The notes under the pieces were generated by a model. The model ran no database searches. It was not told where the DNA came from and was given only the letters and a program-made list of their open reading frames with translations. A stretch of DNA of 64,000 nt from Syntrophales bacterium (GTDB lineage: Bacteria > Desulfobacterota > Syntrophia > Syntrophales > UBA2210), in assembly GCA_963666365.2 (NCBI GenBank), contig CAXXNF010000002.1:2368001-2432000 (forward strand), in the 5' to 3' direction. Made by a program: the position numbers and the translations under genes. This document shows positions 51,722-61,377 of this stretch, piece after piece. Numbering within the stretch: position 1 is the stretch's first letter; each line of letters begins with the position of its first letter.

Positions 51722-53860
51722 CTACTGCTCCATGTACCTTTTTTCGAGCAGGTTCAATACCTTGTTGGCGGAATTGATTATCGACGTCCCGGGACCGAAG
51801 ATGCCGGACACCCCTGCGTCGTAGAGAAACTCATAATCCTTGGGCGGAATCACGCCGCCGGCAATCACCATAATCTCATCTCCGCCGATATCCCTCAGTT
51901 CTTTCAGGAGCGCCGGCACAAGCGTTTTATGCCCGGCGGCGAGACTCGAGACGCCCACCAGATGCACATCGTTTTCCACCGCCATCTTGGCCGCCTCGCC
52001 CGGCGTCTGAAACATGGGGCTGATATCCACATCGAAGCCCATGTCGGCGAAGGCCGTGGCCACCACCTTTACACCACGGTCATGTCCGTCCTGTCCCATT
52101 TTGGTCAGCAGGATGCGAGGCCTTCGTCCTTCGTGTTCCAGAAACTGTTCCGAACGTTTCCTGAGTGATTCTATCACCTCTTTGTCCTGATATTCCGAGG
52201 CATAGACACCGGAGATGCAGAGCGTCGTCGCCACATACCTGCCGAAGACCTTTTCCAGTGCATCGGAGATCTCCCCCACGGTCGCCCGCGCCCTTACGGC
52301 GGGCAGCGTCGCCTCCAGAAGGTTTCCCCCCGATTCAGCGGTACTGGTAAGCGTTTCCAGTGCCCTGGCTACCGCTTTATTGTCGCGGCTTTTTCTGATA
52401 TTCTGAAGCCCTGCAACCTGCTGGCTTCTCACCTCGTCGGATACTTCGCGGACTTCGAAATCGGTGGCGTCCTCTGTCTGGTACTTGTTGACCCCGACAA
52501 TCACCTCAATGCCCTGGTCGATCCGGGCCTGCTTCCGCGCTGCCGCCTCTTCGATCCGCATTTTGGGCATGCCCGACTCGATGGCCTTTGCCATCCCGCC
52601 GAGTTCTTCGATTTCATCAATAATCTTCTGGGCTTCTTCCACAATTGAGTGGGTAAGCCTTTCCACATAATAGGAACCGCCCAGGGGATCGATGGCACGG
52701 CAGACCTCGGACTCATCCTGCACAATAATCTGCGTGTTGCGGGCGATCCGGGCGGAAAAATCAGTCGGAAGCCCTACCGCTTCGTCAAATGAATTGGTGT
52801 GGAGCGATTGTGTGCCCCCAAGCACCGCCGCCATGCACTCCAGCGTGGTGCGGATGATATTGTTGTAGGGATCCTGCTCGGTAAGACTCCAGCCCGATGT
52901 CTGGCAATGCGTTCTCAGCATGGTCGATTTCGGGTTCTTCGGATTGAACCGGCTGATGAGGCGGTGCCATAAAAAACGTGCTGCCCGCAGCATCGCGACA
53001 TTCATAAAGAAATCCATGCCGATTCCGAAGAAAAAGGACAGGCGGGGCGCGAAGGCATCGATGTCCATACCCGCCTTGAGCGCCGTTCTGACGTACTCCA
53101 GACCGTCGGCAAGGGTGAAGGCCGTCTGAAGCACCGTGTCGGCGCCCGCCTCCATCATATGATAGCCGCTGATGCTTACCGTATTGAACTTGGGCATTTC
53201 CTTCGAACAGAAGGCCATGATGTCCGACACAATCCTCATGGAAGGAAGCGGCGGATAAATGTAGGTGTTCCTCGTGAGATACTCCTTGAGAATGTCATTC
53301 TGAATCGTGCCGATGAGCTCTTTGTGCGCGACCCCCTGTTCCTCGGCAGCAACGATGTACCCCCCGAGGATCGGCAATACCGCCCCATTCATGGTCATCG
53401 AAACGGACATCGTGCCCAGGGGAATCTGATCGAAGAGCACCTTCATGTCCTCCACGGAATCGACGGCAACGCCCGCCTTCCCCACGTCGCCGGCCACACG
53501 GGGGTGATCGGAATCGTACCCGCGATGGGTGGGAAGATCAAAGGCCACCGACAGCCCTTTTTGCCCCGCCGCAAGATTTCTTCTATAAAACTCGTTGGAT
53601 TCTCTCGCCGTGGAAAACCCCGCATATTGCCGAATCGTCCAGGACCTTCCGGCGTACATGGTCGCCATGGGTCCTCTGACAAAGGGCGCAAGCCCCGGCA
53701 GGGTGTTGGCGGTTTCCATGCCTTCAATATCTTCAGCCGTATACAACGGTTTCGCCTCAATGCCGCCGGGTGTTTTCCAGTTCAGCGATTCCAGAGGTTC
53801 TCCGCGGAGTTCCTTCTCCGCCAGTTCCTCCCATCGCTTCTTTTCAGGATGTTCCGCCAT
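51722..53860 (-). CDS. scpA: Methylmalonyl-CoA mutase (single-chain, B12-dependent)
   Basis: WTIRQYAGF (Tyr specificity residue), [20 protein letters not shown]12 motif. Confidence 0.95.
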   Translation of the reverse strand: MAEHPEKKRWEELAEKELRGEPLESLNWKTPGGIEAKPLYTAEDIEGMETANTLPGLAPFVRGPMATMYAGRSWTIRQYAGFSTARESNEFYRRNLAAGQKGLSVAFDLPTHRGYDSDHPRVAGDVGKAGVAVDSVEDMKVLFDQIPLGTMSVSMTMNGAVLPILGGYIVAAEEQGVAHKELIGTIQNDILKEYLTRNTYIYPPLPSMRIVSDIMAFCSKEMPKFNTVSISGYHMMEAGADTVLQTAFTLADGLEYVRTALKAGMDIDAFAPRLSFFFGIGMDFFMNVAMLRAARFLWHRLISRFNPKNPKSTMLRTHCQTSGWSLTEQDPYNNIIRTTLECMAAVLGGTQSLHTNSFDEAVGLPTDFSARIARNTQIIVQDESEVCRAIDPLGGSYYVERLTHSIVEEAQKIIDEIEELGGMAKAIESGMPKMRIEEAAARKQARIDQGIEVIVGVNKYQTEDATDFEVREVSDEVRSQQVAGLQNIRKSRDNKAVARALETLTSTAESGGNLLEATLPAVRARATVGEISDALEKVFGRYVATTLCISGVYASEYQDKEVIESLRKRSEQFLEHEGRRPRILLTKMGQDGHDRGVKVVATAFADMGFDVDISPMFQTPGEAAKMAVENDVHLVGVSSLAAGHKTLVPALLKELRDIGGDEIMVIAGGVIPPKDYEFLYDAGVSGIFGPGTSIINSANKVLNLLEKRYMEQ

Positions 53861-53901
53861 TACATACTCCTTTTCACACAGGCATCACATGCGCCTTCTT
53901 T

Positions 53902-55086
53902 TTATCCTACCCACTCCCATATGGCCGCGGCGCCCTGGCCGTGTCCGATACACATGCTCTCCACGGCGTACTTTGCTCCGTAGAAGGCCATTTCATGCAT
54001 CAGCGTCACCGCAATACGCGTTCCCGTACATCCCAGGGGGTGCCCCAGAGAAATTCCGCTGCCGCGCGGATTGAGCAGCTCATGATCGCGGATGCCGAGT
54101 TTTTCGGTGCAATAGACGGCCTGAGAGGCGAAGGCCTCATTGATTTCCCACAGATCGATCTGATCCATGGTCATACCCGCATGGGCCAGCACTTTGGGAA
54201 CGGCTACGGACGGTCCGATTCCCATATATTTGGGATCGACGCCCACCACGGCATAGTCAACAAGTCTCAACCTGGGTTTGAGCCCCAGTTCCTCGCATTT
54301 TTCCCTGCTCGCTACAAGAACGCAGGCGGCGGCATCGTTCACCTGGCTCGAATTTCCCGCCGTCACCGTGGCCTTCTCGTCATCCATGAATACTGTGGGG
54401 AGTTTTGCCAGTGATTCCATGGTCGACTCGGGCCTGATTCCCTGGTCGCGATCGACCACCATACGCTTCGTCCCACCCTCTTTCACCGGAACATCCGCCT
54501 CGACGGGAAGAATTTCATTCTTAAAGAGTCCGTCCACGGTGGCCTTGTGCGCTTTGGCGTGACTTTCCACTGCCATTTTATCCTGCTTTTCTCTGCTGAT
54601 GTTAAAATCGCGGGCCACCATTTCCGCCGTATAGCCCATGGACACCATACGAGGATCGCAAAATTCAGCAAGCCGGGGATTCGGATCAGAACCGGTTCCC
54701 ATGGGAATATGGGTCATATGCTGCACCCCGCCGGCAATGACCAGATCCATCCATCCCATATTGACGGCCGCCACGGCACTCGCTATCGACTGAAGTCCGG
54801 AAGAGCAGAACCGGTCGATGGTGCACCCCGGCACGCTGTAGGGAAACCCCGCCATGATGGTGGCATATCGCCCTATATTCGACCCCATATCCTTCATCAG
54901 AGCCGTACCGCCGAGAATCACGTCGTCAATCTGATCTTTCTTGTCCTGAAGGCCGGTCCTTCGCACCAGTTCGTTCAAGACCATCGCCGCCAGATCGTCG
55001 GCCCGCACATTCGTGAACCACGAGCTCTTTCCCGCACGGGCAACAGCCGTTCTGACACCATCAACAAGAAATACCTCTCTCATCAT
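53902..55086 (-). CDS. Acetyl-CoA C-acyltransferase (thiolase)
   Basis: RFCSSG, NEAFAS, GHPLGCTG, MCIGHG. Confidence 0.93.
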   Translation of the reverse strand: MMREVFLVDGVRTAVARAGKSSWFTNVRADDLAAMVLNELVRRTGLQDKKDQIDDVILGGTALMKDMGSNIGRYATIMAGFPYSVPGCTIDRFCSSGLQSIASAVAAVNMGWMDLVIAGGVQHMTHIPMGTGSDPNPRLAEFCDPRMVSMGYTAEMVARDFNISREKQDKMAVESHAKAHKATVDGLFKNEILPVEADVPVKEGGTKRMVVDRDQGIRPESTMESLAKLPTVFMDDEKATVTAGNSSQVNDAAACVLVASREKCEELGLKPRLRLVDYAVVGVDPKYMGIGPSVAVPKVLAHAGMTMDQIDLWEINEAFASQAVYCTEKLGIRDHELLNPRGSGISLGHPLGCTGTRIAVTLMHEMAFYGAKYAVESMCIGHGQGAAAIWEWVG

Positions 55087-55143
55087 GCTCTCCTTTACGT
55101 AATATTCATAAAATGTGGTGCAAACGTTCTTATATGCTCCCGG

Positions 55144-56985
55144 TTATTTCACCACAAGGGCCTCTTCGGGACAGTCAAGACATACCCTGTCTTCACTTTT
55201 GATCATCTCCGCCAGCAGAAACGAAGAGGGCAGCACCTGATTCACATAGTACCTGGCGCTCGCCACTTTGCCTTCGTAAAAGGGCCGGTCGTAATGATCC
55301 TCCGGCAGGTCGTTCAACTTATTCCGGGCGATTACGGCCTGCTCGAGCAGACACTCAGCCACCTGCAACTGGCCGCAGACCGCCATGGCGCGCACGGCAT
55401 TCAGGGGAATGAACTGTTTTTTTTCATCCATATCGGCGTACCAGGCATCATAACAGCTCTTTACCTCTTCGGCGCACCCGTAGGCCTTTGCCAGCCGCTC
55501 CATTTCAACGGCGAAGTCCCCGTTGGCCTTATGGGCATCGATAAAGTTCTTTATGGCAGCCATCCAGTTGGCAAAATCGGCGCCTTTGCGCATGCGCATT
55601 TTGCGCCCCACCAGATCGTTGCCGTGTATAAAGGTAGTGCCCTCCCAGATGGTGAGTATCTTCGAATCCCGCAGATACTGCTCAATCGGATATTCCTGGG
55701 TATAGCCCACGCCTCCCAGCACCTGCATTGCCTCGGCGATCACCCCGAGGCTTGCTTCGCTGCCGTAGCCTTTCACCAGCGGCGTGAGTATCGCCGCCAG
55801 ACCGCTGCAGACGGCCGCCTTCTCCTTATCGCCGGAGTTGTTCTGGATATCCAGATAGTAGAATCCCTTGAAGATCATCGCCCTGACCCCTTCCGTCACG
55901 GCCTTCATATCGAGGAGCATGCGCCGAATATCCTCGTGTTTGATAATCGGCACCCGCTCGGCATTCGCGTCACCGAAGGGACGTCCCTGAATGCGTTCCG
56001 TGGCGTATCGTGAGGCGAAGCTGTAGGCCGCCGCCGCCTGGGTGTTGGAATTGTGTCCCGTACCGATACGGGATTCGTTCATCATGTTGAACATCATGGC
56101 AAGGCCCCTGGATCGCCCTTTTTCATCCGGCATGGCGCCCATTCGAATGCCGTAACATGCGTCGTTTTCGCCGAAATTGAGCAGCGCCGTCGCCTGCGCC
56201 CTCAATCCCATTTTGTGCTCTATGCTCAGGGTGATCACATCGTTCGCCTTTCCCAGCGTCTGATCTTCGTTCACCCAGAACTTCGGCACGATATACAGCC
56301 CCAGACCGGCCGAACCGGGAGCGCCCCCTTCGGGCCGCGCCAGTACCATGTGAATCGTATTTTCGCAGGTGCCGGCATCCCCTCCGGTGATAAACATTTT
56401 TGCTCCCTTGATTTTCCACAGGTACGGATCGTCGGTGGGAAAGGCCCTCGTGGTGGAATCACCCACATCGGAACCGGCGTTCGGTTCGGTGATGCACATG
56501 GTTCCCTGCCAGTCGCCGCTCAGGAGTTTGGGAAGGAACAGGGACTTCTGCGCGTCGGTGCCGAATTCTATCAACAGATTCGCCACCCCGCTGGTCAATT
56601 TGATATAGGACATAATAGCGGGACAGGCAGCCGAATTCATCTCAAAAATCGCCTTGTAAAGCGTAAGCGGCATACCGCCTTCCAGCTCGACACACTCGCT
56701 TGTCGATCCCCATCCGTTTTCCTGAAGAAATTTGTACACCCTGGAGTATCCCGGCGGCGGGGTCACTTCCCCATCCTTGAGTTGGGCGCCGATCTTGTCG
56801 CCTTCCGCATTGATCGGACTGACAACCTCGCGCGCCACTTTGTACCCCTCATTCAGGTACATGTCGACGTCGTCGAGACCGAAGTTATCCTTGAACCGGT
56901 CACAGGCCAGCACCTCCTCCATGGGAAGCCATTCTTTCAGTATAAACTGCAAATCCCTCAGGTCATATTTGAAATCCATCGCCAA
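55144..56985 (-). CDS. Long-type (~600 aa) acyl-CoA dehydrogenase
   Basis: GTMCITEPNAGSD, KGAKMFIT, EHKMG, LGGVGY, IWEGT, C-terminal extension. Confidence 0.92.
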   Translation of the reverse strand: MAMDFKYDLRDLQFILKEWLPMEEVLACDRFKDNFGLDDVDMYLNEGYKVAREVVSPINAEGDKIGAQLKDGEVTPPPGYSRVYKFLQENGWGSTSECVELEGGMPLTLYKAIFEMNSAACPAIMSYIKLTSGVANLLIEFGTDAQKSLFLPKLLSGDWQGTMCITEPNAGSDVGDSTTRAFPTDDPYLWKIKGAKMFITGGDAGTCENTIHMVLARPEGGAPGSAGLGLYIVPKFWVNEDQTLGKANDVITLSIEHKMGLRAQATALLNFGENDACYGIRMGAMPDEKGRSRGLAMMFNMMNESRIGTGHNSNTQAAAAYSFASRYATERIQGRPFGDANAERVPIIKHEDIRRMLLDMKAVTEGVRAMIFKGFYYLDIQNNSGDKEKAAVCSGLAAILTPLVKGYGSEASLGVIAEAMQVLGGVGYTQEYPIEQYLRDSKILTIWEGTTFIHGNDLVGRKMRMRKGADFANWMAAIKNFIDAHKANGDFAVEMERLAKAYGCAEEVKSCYDAWYADMDEKKQFIPLNAVRAMAVCGQLQVAECLLEQAVIARNKLNDLPEDHYDRPFYEGKVASARYYVNQVLPSSFLLAEMIKSEDRVCLDCPEEALVVK

Positions 56986-57085
56986 TTCCTCCTTGCTGTC
57001 TCCCTTTGATTTACTTCGATATGTCAGAACGCAGGTAAAGACAATAGGGATTAATTACCAGCACAATATGGGTAAAAATCAGATA

Positions 57086-58321
57086 TTACGAGAGGGAGAG
57101 AAGGTAGGATCGAAGATTTGCCTTTTTGTTGTTGAATCCCATTTTCGCCCTGATATTGTTGCGGTGGAAATCGATGGTGCTGGTGGCCAGATTCAGTAAT
57201 GCGGCGATCTCCTTGGTGGTCTTCCCCTCCTTGATCAGGTTGGCGATCTGGATCTCCTTTGGCGTGAGGTTGAAGTCGTTCAGGGTCATGTTTCTCAGAA
57301 AGGGGGATACGATATTGTTGAGATTCGCTTCGATAATGCTGAGATAGGTTTCCTGCGCCTCAGAAAGATGGGTCATTTTCAATTTTTCAATAAAGGGCAG
57401 CACCAGTTCCTTGACGTTGGACAGGACATTGCGCTCCAGTTCCACCTTGTCTTCCTCCCGATGCTTGAGGAGCACCTTGAGGGCCGTGTTTGCTTCGGCA
57501 AGATAGCGGGAACTCACGTTCAGCTCCTGCTCCCGTTTCTTGAGCACGTCCTCAGTCTCCTTCCGCTTGGAGATATCCCTTACCACAGCGCGAAAGCCGA
57601 CAGGCACGCCGGAGGGGTCGCGAATCAACGATGCAGAGAGTTCGCGGATACTCCTTTTGCCGTCCTTGCCGATCGTTTCGTATTCGAAAAGCTCTGCCGG
57701 GGTTCCTGTCCGATAGATGCCGTTGAAAATATGGAAAAGGGTGCGCGCCGTTTCAGGTGAGGTATACTGCCGAAAATTTGTACCCAGTATATCCTCTCGG
57801 GAATAGCCCGACATAGTGCACATGGAGTTGTTCACGAAGCTATAGGCGCCGGAAAGATCCACTTCAAAATAGCCCTCTTCAATATTTTCAAGTATGGAAC
57901 GGTACTTCTCCTCACTTTCGCGCAAGGCCGCCTCCGCCTTCTTTCGCTTCGTCACATCACGCGCCACGGCCCTGAAGCCGCTGGGGTTTCCCTGAGGATC
58001 ACGGATCAATGAAGCCGACAGCTCTCGGATACTGTAATCGCCGTCTTTTCTGACAATCTCATCATCAAAAAGCTCGGCTGATTCCCCGGTCCGGTAAATC
58101 CCGTTAAAAATCCTGAACAATTTTTCAGCCGTTTCGGGAGCATAATAAACCCTGTAATTACTGTTCAACACTTCTTCCCGCGGCCGTCCCAGCATGCGGC
58201 ACATGGCATTGTTCACAAAGGTATAGGTACCGGCGAGATCCACCTCGAAATACCCTTCCTCGATATTCTCCAGAATCGATCGGTACTTTGCTTCACTTGC
58301 GCTATCTTTGCCCTCAACCAC
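57086..58321 (-). CDS. PAS-PAS-LuxR HTH one-component transcriptional regulator
   Basis: Two near-duplicate PAS domains ([18 protein letters not shown] twice); [18 protein letters not shown]...[10 protein letters not shown]. Confidence 0.9.
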   Translation of the reverse strand: MVEGKDSASEAKYRSILENIEEGYFEVDLAGTYTFVNNAMCRMLGRPREEVLNSNYRVYYAPETAEKLFRIFNGIYRTGESAELFDDEIVRKDGDYSIRELSASLIRDPQGNPSGFRAVARDVTKRKKAEAALRESEEKYRSILENIEEGYFEVDLSGAYSFVNNSMCTMSGYSREDILGTNFRQYTSPETARTLFHIFNGIYRTGTPAELFEYETIGKDGKRSIRELSASLIRDPSGVPVGFRAVVRDISKRKETEDVLKKREQELNVSSRYLAEANTALKVLLKHREEDKVELERNVLSNVKELVLPFIEKLKMTHLSEAQETYLSIIEANLNNIVSPFLRNMTLNDFNLTPKEIQIANLIKEGKTTKEIAALLNLATSTIDFHRNNIRAKMGFNNKKANLRSYLLSLS

Positions 58322-58460
58322 GGTATTTACCCCCTATAATGCCGCCAATTATTCCCTATTGCCCTTATCACAACTCTGTCATATTTATCAACCCTCTGAT
58401 CGCCCGGGATGGTCGCACAATCAAGGGCATCAAACTAAGGGAAGGAGGTCTCCGATTCAA

Positions 58461-58598
58461 ATGGTGGATATGGGATTGGCGCTCAAGATAGCCGTCGGCG
58501 GTTTCGGCCTGGTATTTATTCTCCTCATCCTCTTGTCATTTACGGTATGGGTGACAAAGGTCGTCACTGAAAAGATATCAAAATCGAGAAGCGAGTAA
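58461..58598 (+). CDS. Na+-translocating decarboxylase anchor subunit (OadG/GcdD-like), very short
   Basis: MVDMGLALKIAVGGFGLVFILLILL single TM helix; AGGAGG SD; immediately upstream of the beta subunit. Confidence 0.7.
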   Translation: MVDMGLALKIAVGGFGLVFILLILLSFTVWVTKVVTEKISKSRSE

Positions 58599-58621
58599 CG
58601 CGGATTCCGGGAGGTACACAC

Positions 58622-59965
58622 GTGTTCGGTTTATTAGAAAGCGGTTTTCAGTATATTACCTGGGGCAACGTCCTGATGATCATCATCGGCTGCGTCCTCA
58701 TATATCTTGCCATCGGCAAAAAGATGGAGCCCCTTCTGCTGCTGCCCATCGGCTTCGGCATCATGCTGGTCAATCTTCCCATGGGGGGGCTCATGGACTA
58801 CGAATACACGCTCAGGGCCCCGAGTCCGGGAATGGTCAGCCGGCTCTCCGTGGAGCGGGGGGACAGCTTCGAGTGCGGCGCGGCCATTGTCGCGACCGAT
58901 GCCGGGGAGATCACTTCCCCCGTCTACGGGCGGGTCGCGAAGTTCAGGGTGACGGAGAACCAGAGAGTCGATGCGGGCGATGTGGTGGCGGTCATCGTGA
59001 CGACACAGCAGACGGATCAGGAGAAGATTCCCACCCGGCCCGTGGGGCTTCTTTCTCGCTTTTTCGCCTTCGGCATCATGTGGCAGATTCTTCCCCCGCT
59101 GATATTTCTCTGTCTGGGGGCGCTGACCGATTTCGGCCCCATGCTGGCCAATCCCAAGACGCTGCTCCTGGGTGCGGCGGCGCAGTTCGGCGTGTATTTC
59201 GCCTTTTTTCTGGCAATTTTCTGTGGGTTCACCCTTCCTGAGGCAAGTTCCATCGGCATAATCGGCGGGGCCGAGGGCCCCACCACGATCTATGTGACGG
59301 CCCGGCTCGCGCCCCATATTATCGGCGCCACCGCCGTGGCCTGCTATTCCTACATGGCCCTGGTGCCGCTGATCCTTCCCCCGGTTATCAAACTTTTGAC
59401 GACCAAGAAGGAGCGGTCCATTTACATGAAACCCCAGCTTCGCAAGGTGTCGAAGCTGGAAAAGATCCTCTTCCCCATCGTGACCGCCATCGTGGTGATC
59501 CTCTTCGTGCCCGACTCGGCGCCCCTGATCGGCTGTTTCATGGTGGGCAATCTCTTTCGCGAGAGCGGGGTGGTTGAACGGCTCAGCAAGACGGCGCAGA
59601 CGGTGTTCATCGACATGCTGACCATCTTTCTGACCCTTGCCATCGGCGGCACCATGTCGGCGGAAAACTTCCTTCGGGTGGACACGCTCCTCATACTGGT
59701 TCTCGGCGTGGTTTCCTTTGCCAGCGCCGCCGCCGCCGGCGTGATTCTGGCAAAGATCATGAATCTCTTCCTGAAAGAGAAAATCAATCCCATGATCGGC
59801 GGGGCGGGCGTCTCTGCCGTCCCCATGTCGGCACGGGTCGTTCAGGTGATGGGACAGAAGGAAAACAAGCAGAACTTCCTCCTGATGCACGCCATGGGAC
59901 CCAACGTGGCCGGCGCCATCGGCGCCGCCATCGCAGGCGGCGTCTTTATCGGAATCCTGGGATAG
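58622..59965 (+). CDS. gcdB: Ion-translocating decarboxylase beta subunit (GcdB/OadB family) with inserted lipoyl-like domain
   Basis: EPLLLLPIGFG, LGALTDFGP, GAAAQ, IGIIGGAEGPT, YSYMAL, NPMIGGAGVSAVPMSAR, HAMGPNVAG. Confidence 0.92.
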   Translation: MFGLLESGFQYITWGNVLMIIIGCVLIYLAIGKKMEPLLLLPIGFGIMLVNLPMGGLMDYEYTLRAPSPGMVSRLSVERGDSFECGAAIVATDAGEITSPVYGRVAKFRVTENQRVDAGDVVAVIVTTQQTDQEKIPTRPVGLLSRFFAFGIMWQILPPLIFLCLGALTDFGPMLANPKTLLLGAAAQFGVYFAFFLAIFCGFTLPEASSIGIIGGAEGPTTIYVTARLAPHIIGATAVACYSYMALVPLILPPVIKLLTTKKERSIYMKPQLRKVSKLEKILFPIVTAIVVILFVPDSAPLIGCFMVGNLFRESGVVERLSKTAQTVFIDMLTIFLTLAIGGTMSAENFLRVDTLLILVLGVVSFASAAAAGVILAKIMNLFLKEKINPMIGGAGVSAVPMSARVVQVMGQKENKQNFLLMHAMGPNVAGAIGAAIAGGVFIGILG

Positions 59966-60019
59966 AACACCTACAATTTCAAAGATTTCCTTGAAGGGTT
60001 TACAGGCAATCATGACACC

Positions 60020-60049
60020 AGGCAACCCACCGATTCTTTTGGGTTGCCT
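60020..60049. promoter_or_regulatory. 10-bp inverted repeat between gcdB and glutaryl-CoA dehydrogenase
   Basis: AGGCAACCCA-N10-TGGGTTGCCT; operator or RNA hairpin. Confidence 0.35.
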
Positions 60050-60097
60050 CTTGCGCCTAATTGAACTATAAATTTTCATTACACAAGGAGGGAAATC

Positions 60098-61261
60098 ATG
60101 AATTTTGAATTGTCCGAAGAATTAGTGATGTTGAGAGATACGGTCCGCTCTTTCGCAGCGGAAAAAATCGCGCCCTTTGCCGATGAGTGGGACGAAACAC
60201 ACTATTTCCCCTATGAGGAAGTGATAAAACCCATGGGAGAATTAGGGTTTTTCGGCACAGTGATTCCCGAGGAATACGGCGGCAATGAAATGGGATGGCT
60301 GGCGGCCATGATCATTACCGAAGAGATCGCCCGGGCCTCGAGTTCGCTTCGCGTGCAGGTGAACATGCAGGAAATCGGTTCTGCCTTCACAATTCTCAGG
60401 TACGGATCGGAAGCACTCAAGAAAAAATACATTGCCCGACTGGTCAGTGCAGAACTGCTGGGCGCCTTCGCCATTACGGAACCGGAGGCGGGCTCCGACG
60501 TCATGGCAATCAAGTCGACGGCTCAGGATAAGGGGGATCACTGGCTTATCAACGGCCAGAAAACCTGGATATCGAACGCCTCCATCGGCGGCATCAACAT
60601 TTTTTACGCTTACACCGATCGGTCGCTGGGAGGAAGAGGGCTTTCAGCCTTTGTGGTGGAGCTTGAAAACTTCAACGACATTACTGTGACCGATCTGGAT
60701 AAAATGGGTTCCCGGTCATCGCCAACCGGTGAAATCATCCTGGAAAACACACGGGTCCCCAAGGAAAACATTCTCGGCAAGCCGGGAGACGGCGCCAAAA
60801 TTGTGTTCGGATCGCTTGCGCAATCGCGCCTTTCGGCAGCAGCGGGCGGCGTGGGACTGGCACAGGCCTGCCTGGATGAGGTCACCAAATATGCCATGGA
60901 GCGGGTCCAGTTCGGACAGCCCATCGGCGCATTCCAGATGAACCAGGCCCTTGTCGCCGAGATGGTGGCGGAAATAGAGGCGGCGCGACTGATGGTGTAC
61001 AAAGCGGCATGGCAGAAAGATCAAGGCAATCTGAACAACAATCTTGAAGTGGCCCAGGCCAAGTACCTGGCCGGCGAATTGGCCTATAAGTGCTCACAAT
61101 ATGCTATGCGTATACTGGGCGCCTATGGGTACTCCACGGAGTATCCGGTGGCCCGTTACTTCAGGGATGCACCGACCTATGCCATGGTGGAGGGCTCCGC
61201 CAATATCTGTAAATTTATTATTGCCCAGGACCAGCTGGGGATACGAAAAGCGAACCGGTAA
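60098..61261 (+). CDS. Glutaryl-CoA dehydrogenase, non-decarboxylating (glutaconyl-CoA forming)
   Basis: SLRVQVNMQ and MVEGSANI (Val before the catalytic Glu, as in non-decarboxylating enzymes); lies between gcdB and gcdA. Confidence 0.88.
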   Translation: MNFELSEELVMLRDTVRSFAAEKIAPFADEWDETHYFPYEEVIKPMGELGFFGTVIPEEYGGNEMGWLAAMIITEEIARASSSLRVQVNMQEIGSAFTILRYGSEALKKKYIARLVSAELLGAFAITEPEAGSDVMAIKSTAQDKGDHWLINGQKTWISNASIGGINIFYAYTDRSLGGRGLSAFVVELENFNDITVTDLDKMGSRSSPTGEIILENTRVPKENILGKPGDGAKIVFGSLAQSRLSAAAGGVGLAQACLDEVTKYAMERVQFGQPIGAFQMNQALVAEMVAEIEAARLMVYKAAWQKDQGNLNNNLEVAQAKYLAGELAYKCSQYAMRILGAYGYSTEYPVARYFRDAPTYAMVEGSANICKFIIAQDQLGIRKANR

Positions 61262-61377
61262 AAAGCGACGAAATCGCACAACGCGTTGCGAAGAGATGAC
61301 ACACACCCCGGAAAGCGCTTCTGCACGTTTCGCACGCGGGAGGCGCATGAATTCGAAGGCACAAGGAGAAAATTAAA

